Assembly (NCBI GenBank): GCA_002633005.1 | Contig: NMRA01000223.1 | Location: forward strand, 376,976 to 440,975 | Source: Phoronis australis | Taxonomy: Eukaryota; Animalia; Phoronida | Length of the DNA stretch: 64,000 nucleotides | Reading direction: 5' to 3' | In this document: one piece after another, positions 52,046 to 64,000 of the stretch | Numbering within the stretch: position 1 is the stretch's first letter | Layout: every line of letters begins with the position of its first letter | Notes under the pieces: generated by a model | The model's database searches: none | What the model saw: the letters and a program-made list of their open reading frames with translations, nothing else | Told to the model about the DNA's origin: nothing | Made by a program: the position numbers and the translations under genes

Positions 52046-53612
52046 AGTTGAGTTGTCAGGTAATTAATAACTAATTAGTAACTAATCAATTTCTCAACTA
52101 TTCACCGGTGGGTTCGCTGTTATCGCTGTAACGGAGACTAAGCAACAGTCAAGTACGAAGCGGGAACAATGGATAAGGACGTCTTTTGTAGTGCACATTC
52201 ATGACGAAAACACCCGGACCAACTTTCATTTTATGCGCCCCGTTTCATTATGTGGTCGCATATTGCCGTTGTCGCGTGAAATTTCTTCCCCGTGAAATTT
52301 CTTCCCACTCTGACCCTTCTGCGCATGCGCGGTATTGAGGGGAAGTTATTTCACGTCTAAGGCATGAAATTTGTTCCCCCGTGAAATTTCGTCCCAAACG
52401 AAGACGGCAAAGCACAGCTGTAAAGTAAGCCTAAAAATAGAAATTCACTACGTGTGTGCTAATGTAACGATTTTAGTCAATTGCCATTGTTATGTTAGAC
52501 ATTGGTAAATAAATTGTAATTAGGTTTACTTCAAATCAGTCGCCGGTCAGTAGGCTTGCGCACATATGGCCTATACTTTGCTGGTTGTGATCATGATTTT
52601 GTTTGTTTTAGTACTCTGTAAACTGTATTATGAGCTAATATTACTTATGTTAATAAACCTGCCACCCTCTGTCTCGCTCTCTCTGTCTCTTTCTCTCTAC
52701 TTGCGGGGAGGAATCCCGTTAGCTAGGTAGGATCGTGCCCCTGACTGCCGTGGAGTGCATCCGGACCGGGGAGTCCTCTGTTGAAAGGCAAATTGGTAAA
52801 AAGCTGTTTAAAAAAAGTGACATTCTGTAGACTATATACGTATAACTGACTCATAAGATTAAAATATTTCTGAATTTCATTTCCTGACCTGGGCGTCGCC
52901 CGACCTTAGGCCCGTCGCGGTGAAGACGCTCTTCATGTCCGATCGTCACCCCGATCTGAGTGTTTTTTTTCGCTTGTACTGAATTTCCTTCCAGAAAATG
53001 TCAGAAATACTCGAATGGGTAAAAATACTCGGTTGGGTATATTCCTAGTAAGGCATTATCATTTGTTGTGGTACGTAATAAGTTAAAATAATCGACGCCC
53101 ACCTGTATAACCAAAGGCGATGATCCCAGAGAAAATAGGTGTCCTGTTTGAAATAGCGTTCCTACATCATCAAACGCATTTTTCAGAAAAGTCTTACAAA
53201 AATGTACACTAAAAGAAAACACAGTAATTGGAAACCTTGTTTTTTGCAGGAAATTCAGTTCATACGATTCGGAAAAAGGGAAATTTTCAAAATCGATTTA
53301 GGAAAGCTCCAGCAAGCGAAGTAATTAGCGAGAATGATGAAAAGTATTAAAAACTAAGATCATTTTAAAAAATCAAACGCCGTGGGAAAAATGGACCATC
53401 ACAGCTACAATGGGTAAAAATTGTAGTAGAATATTTACACTTTCTTGTTAAGGAAACTGAATTCGCAGATAAAAATCTTTGAATGCGCCCTGAGCGCGTG
53501 GAGCGCTCCTAAAATGCCTGAGATCAATCCTTAATAAACAAGACTATTTTAAGTCTGTTATATTCCATAGTGTTGTATATCAAGGAACTTGCAAATATAT
53601 ATGTAGTAGGAT

Positions 53613-56600
53613 CTAGAAAGATTATTGTCACGGCGTGACAATAACAGACTCTGCGCGTGCGTATCACTGGAATTATTATGGGAAGTTACTGACAGCAACC
53701 CGTTTACCAATATGAAACGGAATTCTTTAAAATTGTATGAGAAATTGCATATTAATTTTTTGATGACCTTTCACTAATTGACCTCTTCCGGTGCATTATG
53801 AGCCCCGATGAGGGAGTAATTGTTAACTTGATTAAAAGTGTGGTTAATGCTAATAATCACAGATGTTTTACTTTAAGCACTTCAGAATACAAGATGAATG
53901 AAGTGGTCAAACTTTCAGAAGAAAAATGCACCTAATGACCCCATGGGTGCACCAAATGACCTGAAAATTTAGAATTCATACTCAATCGCACTTAGTAAAC
54001 AGATACGTAATTCTGAAGTATATAGCTCAAAATTTTAGCTTGCACTCAATGACCTTTGACCTATTTTTTCTGATTGGTTAGGCCTATTGCGAACAGTGTG
54101 CTGAAATTGAAAAGAATTCCTTGAAAAACGTAAGAGATATAACATTTTGAACGTTACATGACCTTTGCACTAATTGATCGTATCCGGTGCATTTTAAGCA
54201 TCTTTAGGAGAATTATTGCAAAGCCCATGGAAAATGTGTTCAAGGTAGGTGTATACACTGATCAAATCTCCAGGTTCCTAACTAAAATGAGTAAAAAAGG
54301 ATTTTAACTAGTTAGACATGACTGCGAAAATGACAAAAACCGAAAAAAATTGTAGTTCGTTTTTTTAAAAAATCGTATTTTTTAATTTTCAAAAATTCCA
54401 ATTTTAACTAGTATTTTGTTTCAAAATGCACAGGGATTATCATCAACTGTTTCCTTACGCAACATTCTTCTTATCCATACCAAATATATGTACAAAATCA
54501 TTATGATCTTCATTTTGTGGCAGTTTTTGTGTGCGAGTTGAGGCAAGCACGCCACTTTTTGTCATTTTGTCACTTTCCGTCTAATAACTAAAAATCTGGT
54601 CCATTTATCAAAAAAACCCTGGCACGCGATTTTAGTTCATTCCTAGAGGATTTCAAATTTGCAACTTTCGTAAAAATTGATACACGTGTTGTGGAAAAAT
54701 AGGCCCGAGAATCTTGTCACTATCCTGAAATCACGAGCCGAGAAAAACGGCTTTGAAGTTAAGCGGTCATCGATTGCCACTTGAGATCAAATTTCGTTCA
54801 GAATGCGTGGTCATTATGTTCCAATTTTGGTTGAAGTACTAGAAATAAAGCTGATATTAACTTCATATTTAGAAAATGTGACATACCTGTTTGTTTACAG
54901 CGTAATTTTAATCATTTTTTCGAACTTGTGAAGCACGACAGACGACCAAAACAAATATGGCTGTCACGTGGGCGGAGCTTAGCGTTGATCTATTGTCTGC
55001 TGTACTGGTCTGCCGACCACACATTAAAACCACGTGTTGATTGTTTATACGATTCATCTGAACTCCACTCAGTTTGTAAAAGACTCTCTAACACAGACCT
55101 ATTTGTTAGTATTCCAATATTATCATCAACCAATATATGTGTTAATCAAATCGCCGCGTTACTGCCTACATAACAATATTGGCGACGAGGATAAAGAACT
55201 ACTTTCATAGTAATGGTTCACAACATTTTTACGTGTCTGTACCGAATGGACTTTGGGATAAGAAAATATCACTCTCTGCGCAAATAGCGTCACTTGGGTG
55301 AGATTCTCAAGTTACTAAAGTTTCTTATATTGCTTTCCTCTAAAATCGTAAAATATGATGAGTTTTAATTCAGTGTTACGTTTGAATCTATGCACTTGAA
55401 AATTTTTATTTGATGGGTCATTTCTAATTCTTTGGGTTACGGCCAGTGGCAAGTTAAAAAATCCTCTGGGTTTGACAGCCTAGTTTCTCCACGGCGCGTT
55501 CCCAGCACAGAAGCACGGTTTATCTGCGAAGACTCTACTCTGACGGCATGTACTTGTCCATATGTGTCGCGCGCGCGGCTTATCTTCACAGCGCGTGCAT
55601 GCACTCTCACCGAATCGTGCAACACCACCCACGTCGACACTCAGCGTCCTCTCGCAAGACACCTGACCTTATATTACCGACTTCTCTGTAACATGCACAA
55701 TTTCTGCACGGACTCCTCAAGTTGAGTGCAGTGATGGCTTCGGTAGGGCTTGGCGTACTCAACTTAATTTTTTTGTAGATAGACAAACAGGCTCATTCTC
55801 GGAACAGGAGCTAGTTCACCATTTCACTACCAACTTTCACATGGTCAAAAATAGAATTACTTTATTCTTGGTCTTGCCACAACACCAATATCAGCTGGTA
55901 CAGCACTCTCGATTGCCCGGTTACGCAATGCTTGTTGACAGGGTTAGATTAGAGCTAGTGTCCTTGTATATAACCTCCGCCCCAGTTGTCAATCACTGAG
56001 CTGGTGAGCACTCAAGCCATATGACTTACTGAGGCTTGGTCAAATATAGCTAAAAAAACAACTTTGGATTTTCAGAATGATTTTATTTTTCTTCAGTATA
56101 CTGTGAACCAAGAATTAAAGATTAGGATGACATAAAAATGTAAAAACAGTCAAAATTTATTTTTTTGTGTATCCACCTACCTTAACGCTTAGAATCACAG
56201 TTGTCTAACGGTTAACACATCAGAATACTTGCTGATTGAAAAGGACAAATTTTCAGAAGAGAAATGCACCTAATGACCCCATGTTTGCACTAAATGACCT
56301 GAAACTTTGGATTCCGATTTGATTTACCTGTGGCAATCAGACCTGTCAATTTGAAGTGTCTAGCTCAAAATTTTAGTTTGCACCTAATGACCTTAGACAT
56401 ATTTCACCTGAATTCATAACCCGATTACTTAGAAAAGTATTTTTTAAATTTTCATGTTGACTTATACCTGTGCACCGAATTTGAAAAAGATAGCTTTAAA
56501 ACTAAAGGAGGAGTAGCATTTTGAAAATTATATGACCTTTGCACCGAACGACCTCTTCCGGTGCAATATGGAATATGATAATATAAACAATCAACATTTA

Positions 56601-56784
56601 TATACTGTCAAAAGTCATATGCTGAATTTAAAGACCGTACCTGCACCCAATTTGGAGTTATTAAGCCTCAAATTTGATCGGAAGAAGAATAATAAGAAGA
56701 AGATGAAGAATTAAAGAAGAATAAGAATAAAATTGAAGAAAACCCAGGAACAACAGTACTCTGCGCTTACACGCGCAGAGTAAT
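53613..56784 (-). mobile_element. Helentron-associated (HINE/DINE-1-like) element, interrupted by a Kolobok-like insertion
   Basis: 5' hairpin ACTCTGCGC-TTACAC-GCGCAGAGT (56758-56781) with an adjacent AAG/AAT microsatellite. Internal tandem units follow, then a matching subterminal ACTCTGCGCGTG at about 53648, hairpin TTATTGTCACG/CGTGACAATAA and terminal CTAG (53613-53616). Confidence 0.8.
54244..56181. mobile_element. Non-autonomous TTAA-targeting (Kolobok-like) element
   Basis: TIRs GGTAGGTGTATACAC / GTGTATCCACCTACC; flanks TCAA / TTAA. The uninterrupted sister unit at about 53840 reads GTGTGGTTAATGCTAATAATCACAG. Confidence 0.8.
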
Positions 56785-56919
56785 TACTTACTTCATGCGG
56801 GAACAAGACGAACGAGTATCCTGCGTGAATTGAAATAAGGTGCCTATCAATTAAAACCTAATAAAAATCAAAGTTATCAATCTTGAGAATTCGCAAAAAT
56901 GTTGAAGAAAATTATTTCA

Positions 56920-57152
56920 TGACCAAAGAAATTGAAGGCCTTTGTATCTTTCGCAAAACTTGAGAATTTTGTATCCTATTTTTAATTAAACGTTATTTCT
57001 TGACCAAAGAAATTGAAGGACTTGGTATCTTTCGCAAAACTTGAGAATTTTGTATCTTATTTTTAATTAAACGTTATTTCTTGACCAAAGAAATTGAAGG
57101 CCTTGGTATCTTTCGCAAAACTTGAGAATTTAGTATCCTAATTTTAATTAAA
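56920..57152. repeat. Tandem array, 81-bp unit, about 3 copies
   Basis: TGACCAAAGAAATTGAAGG starts at 56920, 57001 and 57082. Confidence 0.95.
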
Positions 57153-57889
57153 ACTGCAAAACTGCTTGACTTTGTATTCTTGATTGATCACGGATATTTC
57201 GTTTTCATACTTATTTTGCGCGAGACGTTTCCTGCTGGAAAATTGTCAGCCTACCGGCCTGATGTAAACCGCTTATAACGTGAAACTGAAAATACTTCAA
57301 CGTACCCGAAATGTGATTTTACTATGGCTGGCGCCAGAAAGACTGGAACTGAAGCTTGTTTTTTTCTTCATAAAACGAATGCATAGGGGCCTACTCTTTA
57401 TTTGCATGTGGGTGTGTGTGAGTTTATATTTAAACACTGCACTATTATAGACCTCTAAATTAGTGATATTCCATCGATTTTTGCTTAATATTTAATGTTT
57501 CTCACTTATTGTCGGGTTATCAATCCAATTTAAACATGTCCTTCAAGGAATTATCTCCGTGCATTGTAAAGATAACTGATTTTTCTGAGCCCAGAATTCT
57601 TTGTAAGCGCATAAACGAAATGGACCGTACCTAGAAATGTTGTGTGACATTATTCAAGTTAAAGAATTATTACGCCTCAATTTTCTGTGTGGAGGTTAAG
57701 TTGATTCACCAAAGAGTCCCAATCAAAACTTTTTATTACCTATAAGTTTATTGGTTGAAACATGTTCAGGCAAGTTTTCATTTATTGAGAAGTCAGTAAA
57801 TATTTTACAAGAAAACAGATGTTCTATAACTTAATAAAATATGAAAGCCAAAAAACCTAGCATAAATGGAACCACAGCTAGAATTTGTA

Positions 57890-58960
57890 AACATTTTTGT
57901 ACAAACTTAGACCAAGATCGCTTTCAAAATCTTCATTTTTTAGAGCATATCATCATGTCTAATGAAAATCTTGGAGACAAAAACACATGTTCCTTTACTT
58001 GAGAGCCAAAAGTCTTGCATGACTAGGGCCAGTAATGAAAGTCGCACAAATTTTACTACGTATTCAAACCAAAATCGCTTTCAAAATCTACAATTCGTGA
58101 AAGTTGGTACAGTACATATTCATCATGTCTAATGAAAGTCTTGGAGACAGAAACATGTTCCTTTACTTGATTATCTTTTGAGAGAGAAAAAGCTAGCATG
58201 ACTGGGGCCAATAATGAAATTCGCACAAAGTTTACTACGTATTCAAACCAAAATCGCTTTCAAAATCTACAATTCTGGGAGCACATCTGTGAAAGTTGGT
58301 ACGTTACATATTCATCATGTATAATGAATGGCTTGAAGACAAAAAGACATGCTCTTTAACTTGGTTAACTGTGAGAAGCAAAAAGCTATCATGACTGGGG
58401 CCAATAATGCAGTTTGCACAAATTTTACTACATATTCAAACCAAAATCGCTTTCAAAATCTACAATTTTTGGAGCACACCAGCAAAAGTTGGTACAGTAC
58501 ATAGACATCATGTCTTATGAAAGCCTTGAAGACAAAAACATATAATCCTTAACTTGGTTAACTGTGAGAAGCAAAAAGCTAACATGACTAGTGGACAATA
58601 ATGAAATTCGCACATATTTTACTACATATTCAAACCAAAATCGCTTTCAAAATCTACAATAGTTGGAGTCCATATACGAAACTTGATACGTATCATATTC
58701 ATAATGTCTAATGAAAGCCTTGAAGACAAAAAACACATAATCCTTAACTTGGTTAATTGTGAGAAGCAAAAAGCTAGCATAGCTGAGGCAGCAACTGAAG
58801 TCCCAAATATTCTAAAACGCAATCGCTTTCGAATTCTACAACTCTGGGGGTCTATAAAATTGTACAAAATATTTTTCTCAATGTGTATTGAAAATTTAGG
58901 GATCATAAATACGTGTTTTCTTACTTGATTATATACAAGAGCCAAAGAACTAGCATTTTA
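57890..58960. repeat. Diverged tandem array, unit up to about 193 bp, about 6 copies
   Basis: Recurring AAACCAAAATCGCTTTCAAAATCTACAAT..CATCATGTCTAATGAAAG..GAGAAGCAAAAAGCTA. Confidence 0.9.
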
Positions 58961-59399
58961 CGGTACCCATTTGAAAACACCAGAAGCGTGTGTGTCGTAA
59001 CCTTGAAGACTTATCCATACAGCAACGCAGTTGGAAACGAAGAAAATCAGAAGTTAAACAGTACACAAAAAAAGAAATCAGCATAATATGCTATAATTAT
59101 GAATTTCCGATTATGGGACAAATTCCCACTTCTCTTTAAAGAGGCAAGTGAATCTTCGTCAACAATTGACCTATCGCCAGGATACACGTGAAGGAAAACT
59201 GTGGTTACCAGACTTTCTAATGTCCGTCACACTTATGATAAATGCATCCATGCACTTCCAGTCAGTTTCTTCAAGTTGCTTGAGATCAAGATCACAACCC
59301 CAAGTACATCATTTAGCGATTCAAATCGGCCAATTTTACATACTGGTTTTCTCCTAATAATTTCCCAGAATGCAGAGTTTTGATGCGTTATCAAGCAAT

Positions 59400-60307
59400 C
59401 AATATTCTACCATCTCTGTCTGGGCTTCCGGCGTCCTCAGCTTTATCTCTTCCCTCACAGGATCTTGATGAGATTTGGCAGATGTGTTTCTATGAAGCTG
59501 GCGGATGACGACGCTGTCACCTAGTGGCAATTATAGTTTTTTACGTTAATCTCTGTATCTTCAAAGATCGTCCACTGATCATTCATAAAATTTGGCAGAT
59601 ATGAAGGCATCTAGCCTATAGTGAGATGACGCTATCCTTTGATTTTTCCTTCAATTTGGGAGGCATTGCGCACCACCTAGTAGCCATTTTTACTGTTTTC
59701 GAGTTTGTGTTTTTTGGCATCTGCCCCTCAACCAAACCTCGCTAAGGATGATCGGCAAGTATGTTTCTAATGTGATGAGGAGGGCTGACGAAGATTTTCC
59801 GACGACCTCGACTACTGGGGCGCCTTCTAATGGCAGTTATTTTACGTCCATCTCCTAATCCCTCTGCAAGATCTTTATTAAATTTAGCAAGTGTATTTAT
59901 ATGAACTTGGAAACAAGCGACGACGACTTTCGGACGAATCGGACAACCGGTGTGGCAATTGTTTTTTTAATTTTAGTTCTGCCGTCAAGGATTCTCAGGG
60001 GATTTTCATAATAAGCTACTGGGCATCTATAGTGAGTTAACGCTATCCTCCTGTGTCTGGTTTGATTCGTGGTATTTTGCGCCATCCGGTGGCCATTCTT
60101 ACCGTTTGCGGTGCATTCGTGGGTGCATTTCAACGCCCCCCGTTATGATATTTGACAAATAGTTTTCTATTAAAGAAGCAATGACATGTTCCCATTTTCG
60201 GATAAATTCGAATTATTTTGCACCATCTAGTGACCATGTGTGTTATTTTGCAGTGCCTCGTGGGCGCAATTCAACGCTTTGCGTTGCGCGTGTTTAAGTT
60301 TTCTAAG
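59400..60307 (+). mobile_element. Helentron/DINE-like repeat (related tract at about 61860-62630)
   Basis: Repeated AAATTTGGCAG and CACCTAGTGG units; subterminal GTGGGCGCA, hairpin CAACGC-TTT-GCGTTG and a TTCTAAG end. Confidence 0.55.
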
Positions 60308-60406
60308 GATACGGAAACGTAAGGATTATTTTTTACTCAATAATATGATAAATTGTCTTTCATTTTGTGTGTTCTGTTCACGGTTGGAAGACAAGTCGAT
60401 CGCAGT

Positions 60407-60762
60407 TATTCTTGGACTTTACAACACGCATGATTTTCTATTTAACATTTTGCTTCTACTAGCTAAACAGTACATTTACAAAGAGAGATGTCACAAAAAT
60501 ATACCTAATTTTATCAAGTTCGTTACAAAAACTTATGAATACTATAATGCTGAAAAATTAAATGCACATAAAAACTTTGTACATGACAGCTTCTCTGCAA
60601 AATGGGAAAAATTTATTGTTCATGTTAACTTCATGTAGAAGATATTTACTTTAAACGAGATATGAGAATGGTCTTCCTGAGGTGTGCATGCGTGAATGAA
60701 TGGTGTACTTATTTGTTTGTTTGTTTTTGTAATTGTTTGTAAATGATAATAAATACATAAAA
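60407..60762 (+). mobile_element. 5'-truncated L1/Tx1-type LINE with TSD
   Basis: ORF2 C-terminus NILLLLAKQYIYK..P.F..YNAEK..FSAKWEKF*. AATAAA at 60748 and a short A tail. 14-bp TSD AAGTCGATCGCAGT at 60393-60406 and 60763-60776. Confidence 0.9.
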
Positions 60763-63700
60763 AAGTCGATCGCAGTCGCGGTGCAACTGTCGTCCTCATT
60801 GTAAGCTACTAGACTGCACAGACTGCCGGCGGATATGATTAACGATGCTTTTTGAATATTTTCACACATAAAGACAACAGAACGAGAGGTTCAGTAAAAA
60901 AATCGAGATAATTTCATTATGCCAGTAGTGGCCCAGCAACACCAAAACACCAGCGAGAACTTCTACGTGACAATAATGCTGGGCGCAGCCTTATAGTCTA
61001 GCTATTTAAAATATCCCAGAATTGACATTTGAGTCCAAGTTTTTTTTTCTTTGACACCAGGCAGAAGGTTTCGTTTCTACCACAGGCAAGGTATGACCAC
61101 AGATACTCGTTAAGAGATTCGCAGCTCGGTGAAGTCACACGGTATAACGCGAAACTACGTTCGGACTCACAACTTCCGGTGTCTTTAAAGAAGAAGGGTG
61201 CATTTTTTCATGTCATTTTTATCAAAAGAACAGTGTTCGCTGATTATCTCCAACATATTTTTCAGTTAATAACGACTTCCCGTAATTCCTTCCTTCGATC
61301 GGAAGTGACGTTTAGGGGTCAAGAAAATTTCCAGTCATTTTTTCATGACTGCCGAGTAAGTCATTGTTTTACCTCGGTTGTGATTAGTTTGGACGTCGTT
61401 GGCGTTTGTTCACGAGTCTGTCAACGTGCCGCACGGTTGATGCGTACCGGGGTGTACTAACTATCCTCTCCGTGACTGACGCGCACTTTCGGGTATGCCA
61501 TTACAAAGCCTGACTCACTCCGCCGTACTTGGCGCGGTCGTGTGAAGGACGCAGCGTTACGGTCCACGCAACGTGCAAAGCAGTGGAGAATGTGGCAAGC
61601 ATTTTCTGCCATTGGATTACGAAACAGATAAGTATGGGGAATTGATGGGCTGCACAGCACTAAAAAATGGGGTCTACTAAGATAGCCCTCAAGCACCCCG
61701 GTGGTGCAGCGCCCACAGACCATGGCTTGCGTAGCACTGACAAAAGTGGTGGGGCTATAGCCCCCAGCCCCCTATGGTACGCTTCCCGTTTGTCCGATAC
61801 TGTACTTGCATGCGTGCGTGCGTGTGTTTGTGAGTGCATATGCTCTCGCTGACAATTCTAGTTTTGATCTTAATTGATATAGACAGTGTACCTTCCAACT
61901 TCTTCATTGGATGGATTTTCGTGAAATTTGGCTAATAGGTTTCTGTTATGGAGACTACGATACTGTTAAATTTTCCCTTGGATTCTACGTAATCCGTGCC
62001 CCCTGTAGTGGCAATTTCTGTTCTTATTTCTGCCAAACTGCTTGAGGGATCATAATTTACAAAACTTTACAGGTAAGTTGCTATTAGCATGAGGATGTTT
62101 GGTGTTGCTTGTTGACTGGTCTATCTCCAGTGGCGCCTCTTAGTGCCAGGCAATTATGCATTTCTTAATGTATACCTCTGTATCGACCAAGTTCCTTGAT
62201 GCATTTTCATTAAATATAAAAAATAGTTTTCTCTTAAGGAAGACAACGACAATTCCCATTTTCGACTAGATTCAACGTATTATGCACCCACTAAAGGTAA
62301 CGTTCTTTATTGTTGGCATCTGTCAGTCTCTGTCCTCCATAGTGCTTGAAGGATGAAAATTTACTCGTGTAATCCTATTAATGAGATAATCACGACTGGC
62401 ATAGGGTTTTCTGTGTCTTGCCACTTCAGTTTCCCGAGCGGCATTTTTCTACCTGTGCCGCAATATCTACCACATTAATAAATGAATATTTGTAAAATTT
62501 GGTGTATGTGTTCCAGTTGAGTGTCCTGATTACTGTGCCATCCTCTGGTGACAATTTAGGTTTTACATATGGCTCTATATCTACATGTACTAAGTTTCTT
62601 GAATGATGAAATTTGGCAAATAAATGTCAAGGATATGCCTCGTTTAAGATGGATGTGATGTTGATTATCTCAATATCTCCTAGGCTCAACTGGCTGTAAT
62701 TAGGGACAAAGATATACGCCAAGGATGCGCTCACAGCAACTGGCCATTTTCAACACTGCGAGCTCCAATCGGGCGCGGTAAAATGGCCAGTTGCCAATTT
62801 GGGTAAATGAACGAAGGACTGTTCGAACAAAAACTTTGATTAAGCGAGTATTGGGAGTATTTGTCCGAGTTGGAAGGAATATAACAACATCGACTGCATC
62901 TTAAGTTGTCCCTCCATGCGCAAAAGGTACTTACAACAACGTGGCTTCGATGTTATAATCAGAGTGAGGCATAATTCGTCGAAAAGCTTCCGGGGCCAGT
63001 CTAGTCTCTGACTCTGCACCCTCTGGAGTCGCCGCCTTGCCATGCGTGTGCATGAAATGCTTGGTCACCTCAGTTGTCACATTTAACGTTTGTTTTATAC
63101 ACTATCAATCAAGAGCGAAGCATTTACATTTTGTTTTTATAGTCACCATTCTGCAAAACAACTTGATCGCCCATCGCCGCGAAATAAACAGCAAGGTCTT
63201 TTCTTCCGAACTATCAAAAGGCAGTTGTCTCGGGAACCTGTCGCGCCTAATTAGATCATTAACTCCAAGCACAACATATACCGTCGAATGAGACATGAAC
63301 TGAAGAGACTTCCGTTGATCGGCTCCCCTGTCAGTGTCTAGGAGGCACAGAACAGTTCTCGCTGGGTTTTGCCTAGCAAAACACACATCACTTGATTTGT
63401 AACCTTTTCTTCACTCTGTCAAAAACAGGATGCAAAGAATGGCATGTTTTCAATTATTTCACATAAAAGCCCAGCAGATGAGCACAGAAACTTTATTCTT
63501 TCTTGTATTTTTGACCATTTCATTCCCACTGAAAACCAAGCTAGACTAAGAAAAATAAGGGCAAAAAAATGCAAAATCGGCACTTTTCACCCGAAAAACA
63601 CCACTTCCCTGCCGATGCACGACTAAAACCAAACTTAGAGTCTGAAAGCAAATTTCCTACCGATTCAGAAAATGTGGTCCAAAAGTACTGTCAACCAACT

Positions 63701-64000
63701 AGTTTTTTTGCAATTCTTGCTTGTTTGAGGGCTACCTAAAATCACAGCCAATTTCTCGGTCGCTACCCAACAATGCACAATTGCAGCTGGGGGCCGCCAT
63801 CTTGAAGAAGAGTGCAGCTACAGCCAAGAAAGTGGCCTTTTTTTATTCACAGCATGTTCACAAATACAAACAAACCACATTCACTGAGCCTACGTGCAAT
63901 GCCCACCTACAAAATGCCCCCAAACTTGGCCTACCCCAAAATTTCTATATTTTGGGAGTGCAAATTGGCCGCGGCCGCAGCCTAACTATTCAGTGCCACC

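Noticed and set aside
49757-58960. Tandem arrays as CRISPR-like loci
   Set aside because: Units are contiguous with no unique spacers, there are no cas genes, and the context is eukaryotic.

Overview
This is AT-rich, repeat-dense animal genomic DNA, not prokaryotic. Spliced genes and the transposon repertoire suggest an invertebrate, possibly a deuterostome such as an echinoderm (inference). Assembly gaps lie at 19868-20115 and 28710-29224, with short N runs at 4853, 10629 and 32624-32627. All supported host genes are on the minus strand. The first is coding exon 1 of a KIBRA/WWC gene (WW domain, 6185-6312), with its long first intron running off the left edge. The others are two tandem, five-exon dCMP deaminase (DCTD) paralogs: copy A at 14471-18659 and copy B at 31280-41956. 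Their ATG-bearing first exons were not found. Both keep the HAE/PCxxC zinc motifs but differ at about a quarter of aligned residues, concentrated in one exon. Block 6147-10628 is repeated at 10630-14027 across a single N and is probably an uncollapsed haplotype. The rest is mostly transposon relics: Tc1, Academ, a DIRS/Ngaro-type element, Kolobok-like TTAA elements, Helentron/DINE-like elements, a solo LTR, LINE ends, MITEs and tandem arrays. The most notable signals are the divergence of the DCTD pair, the DCTD-WWC linkage also seen in vertebrates, and TEAD motifs plus uORFs at the KIBRA 5' end.
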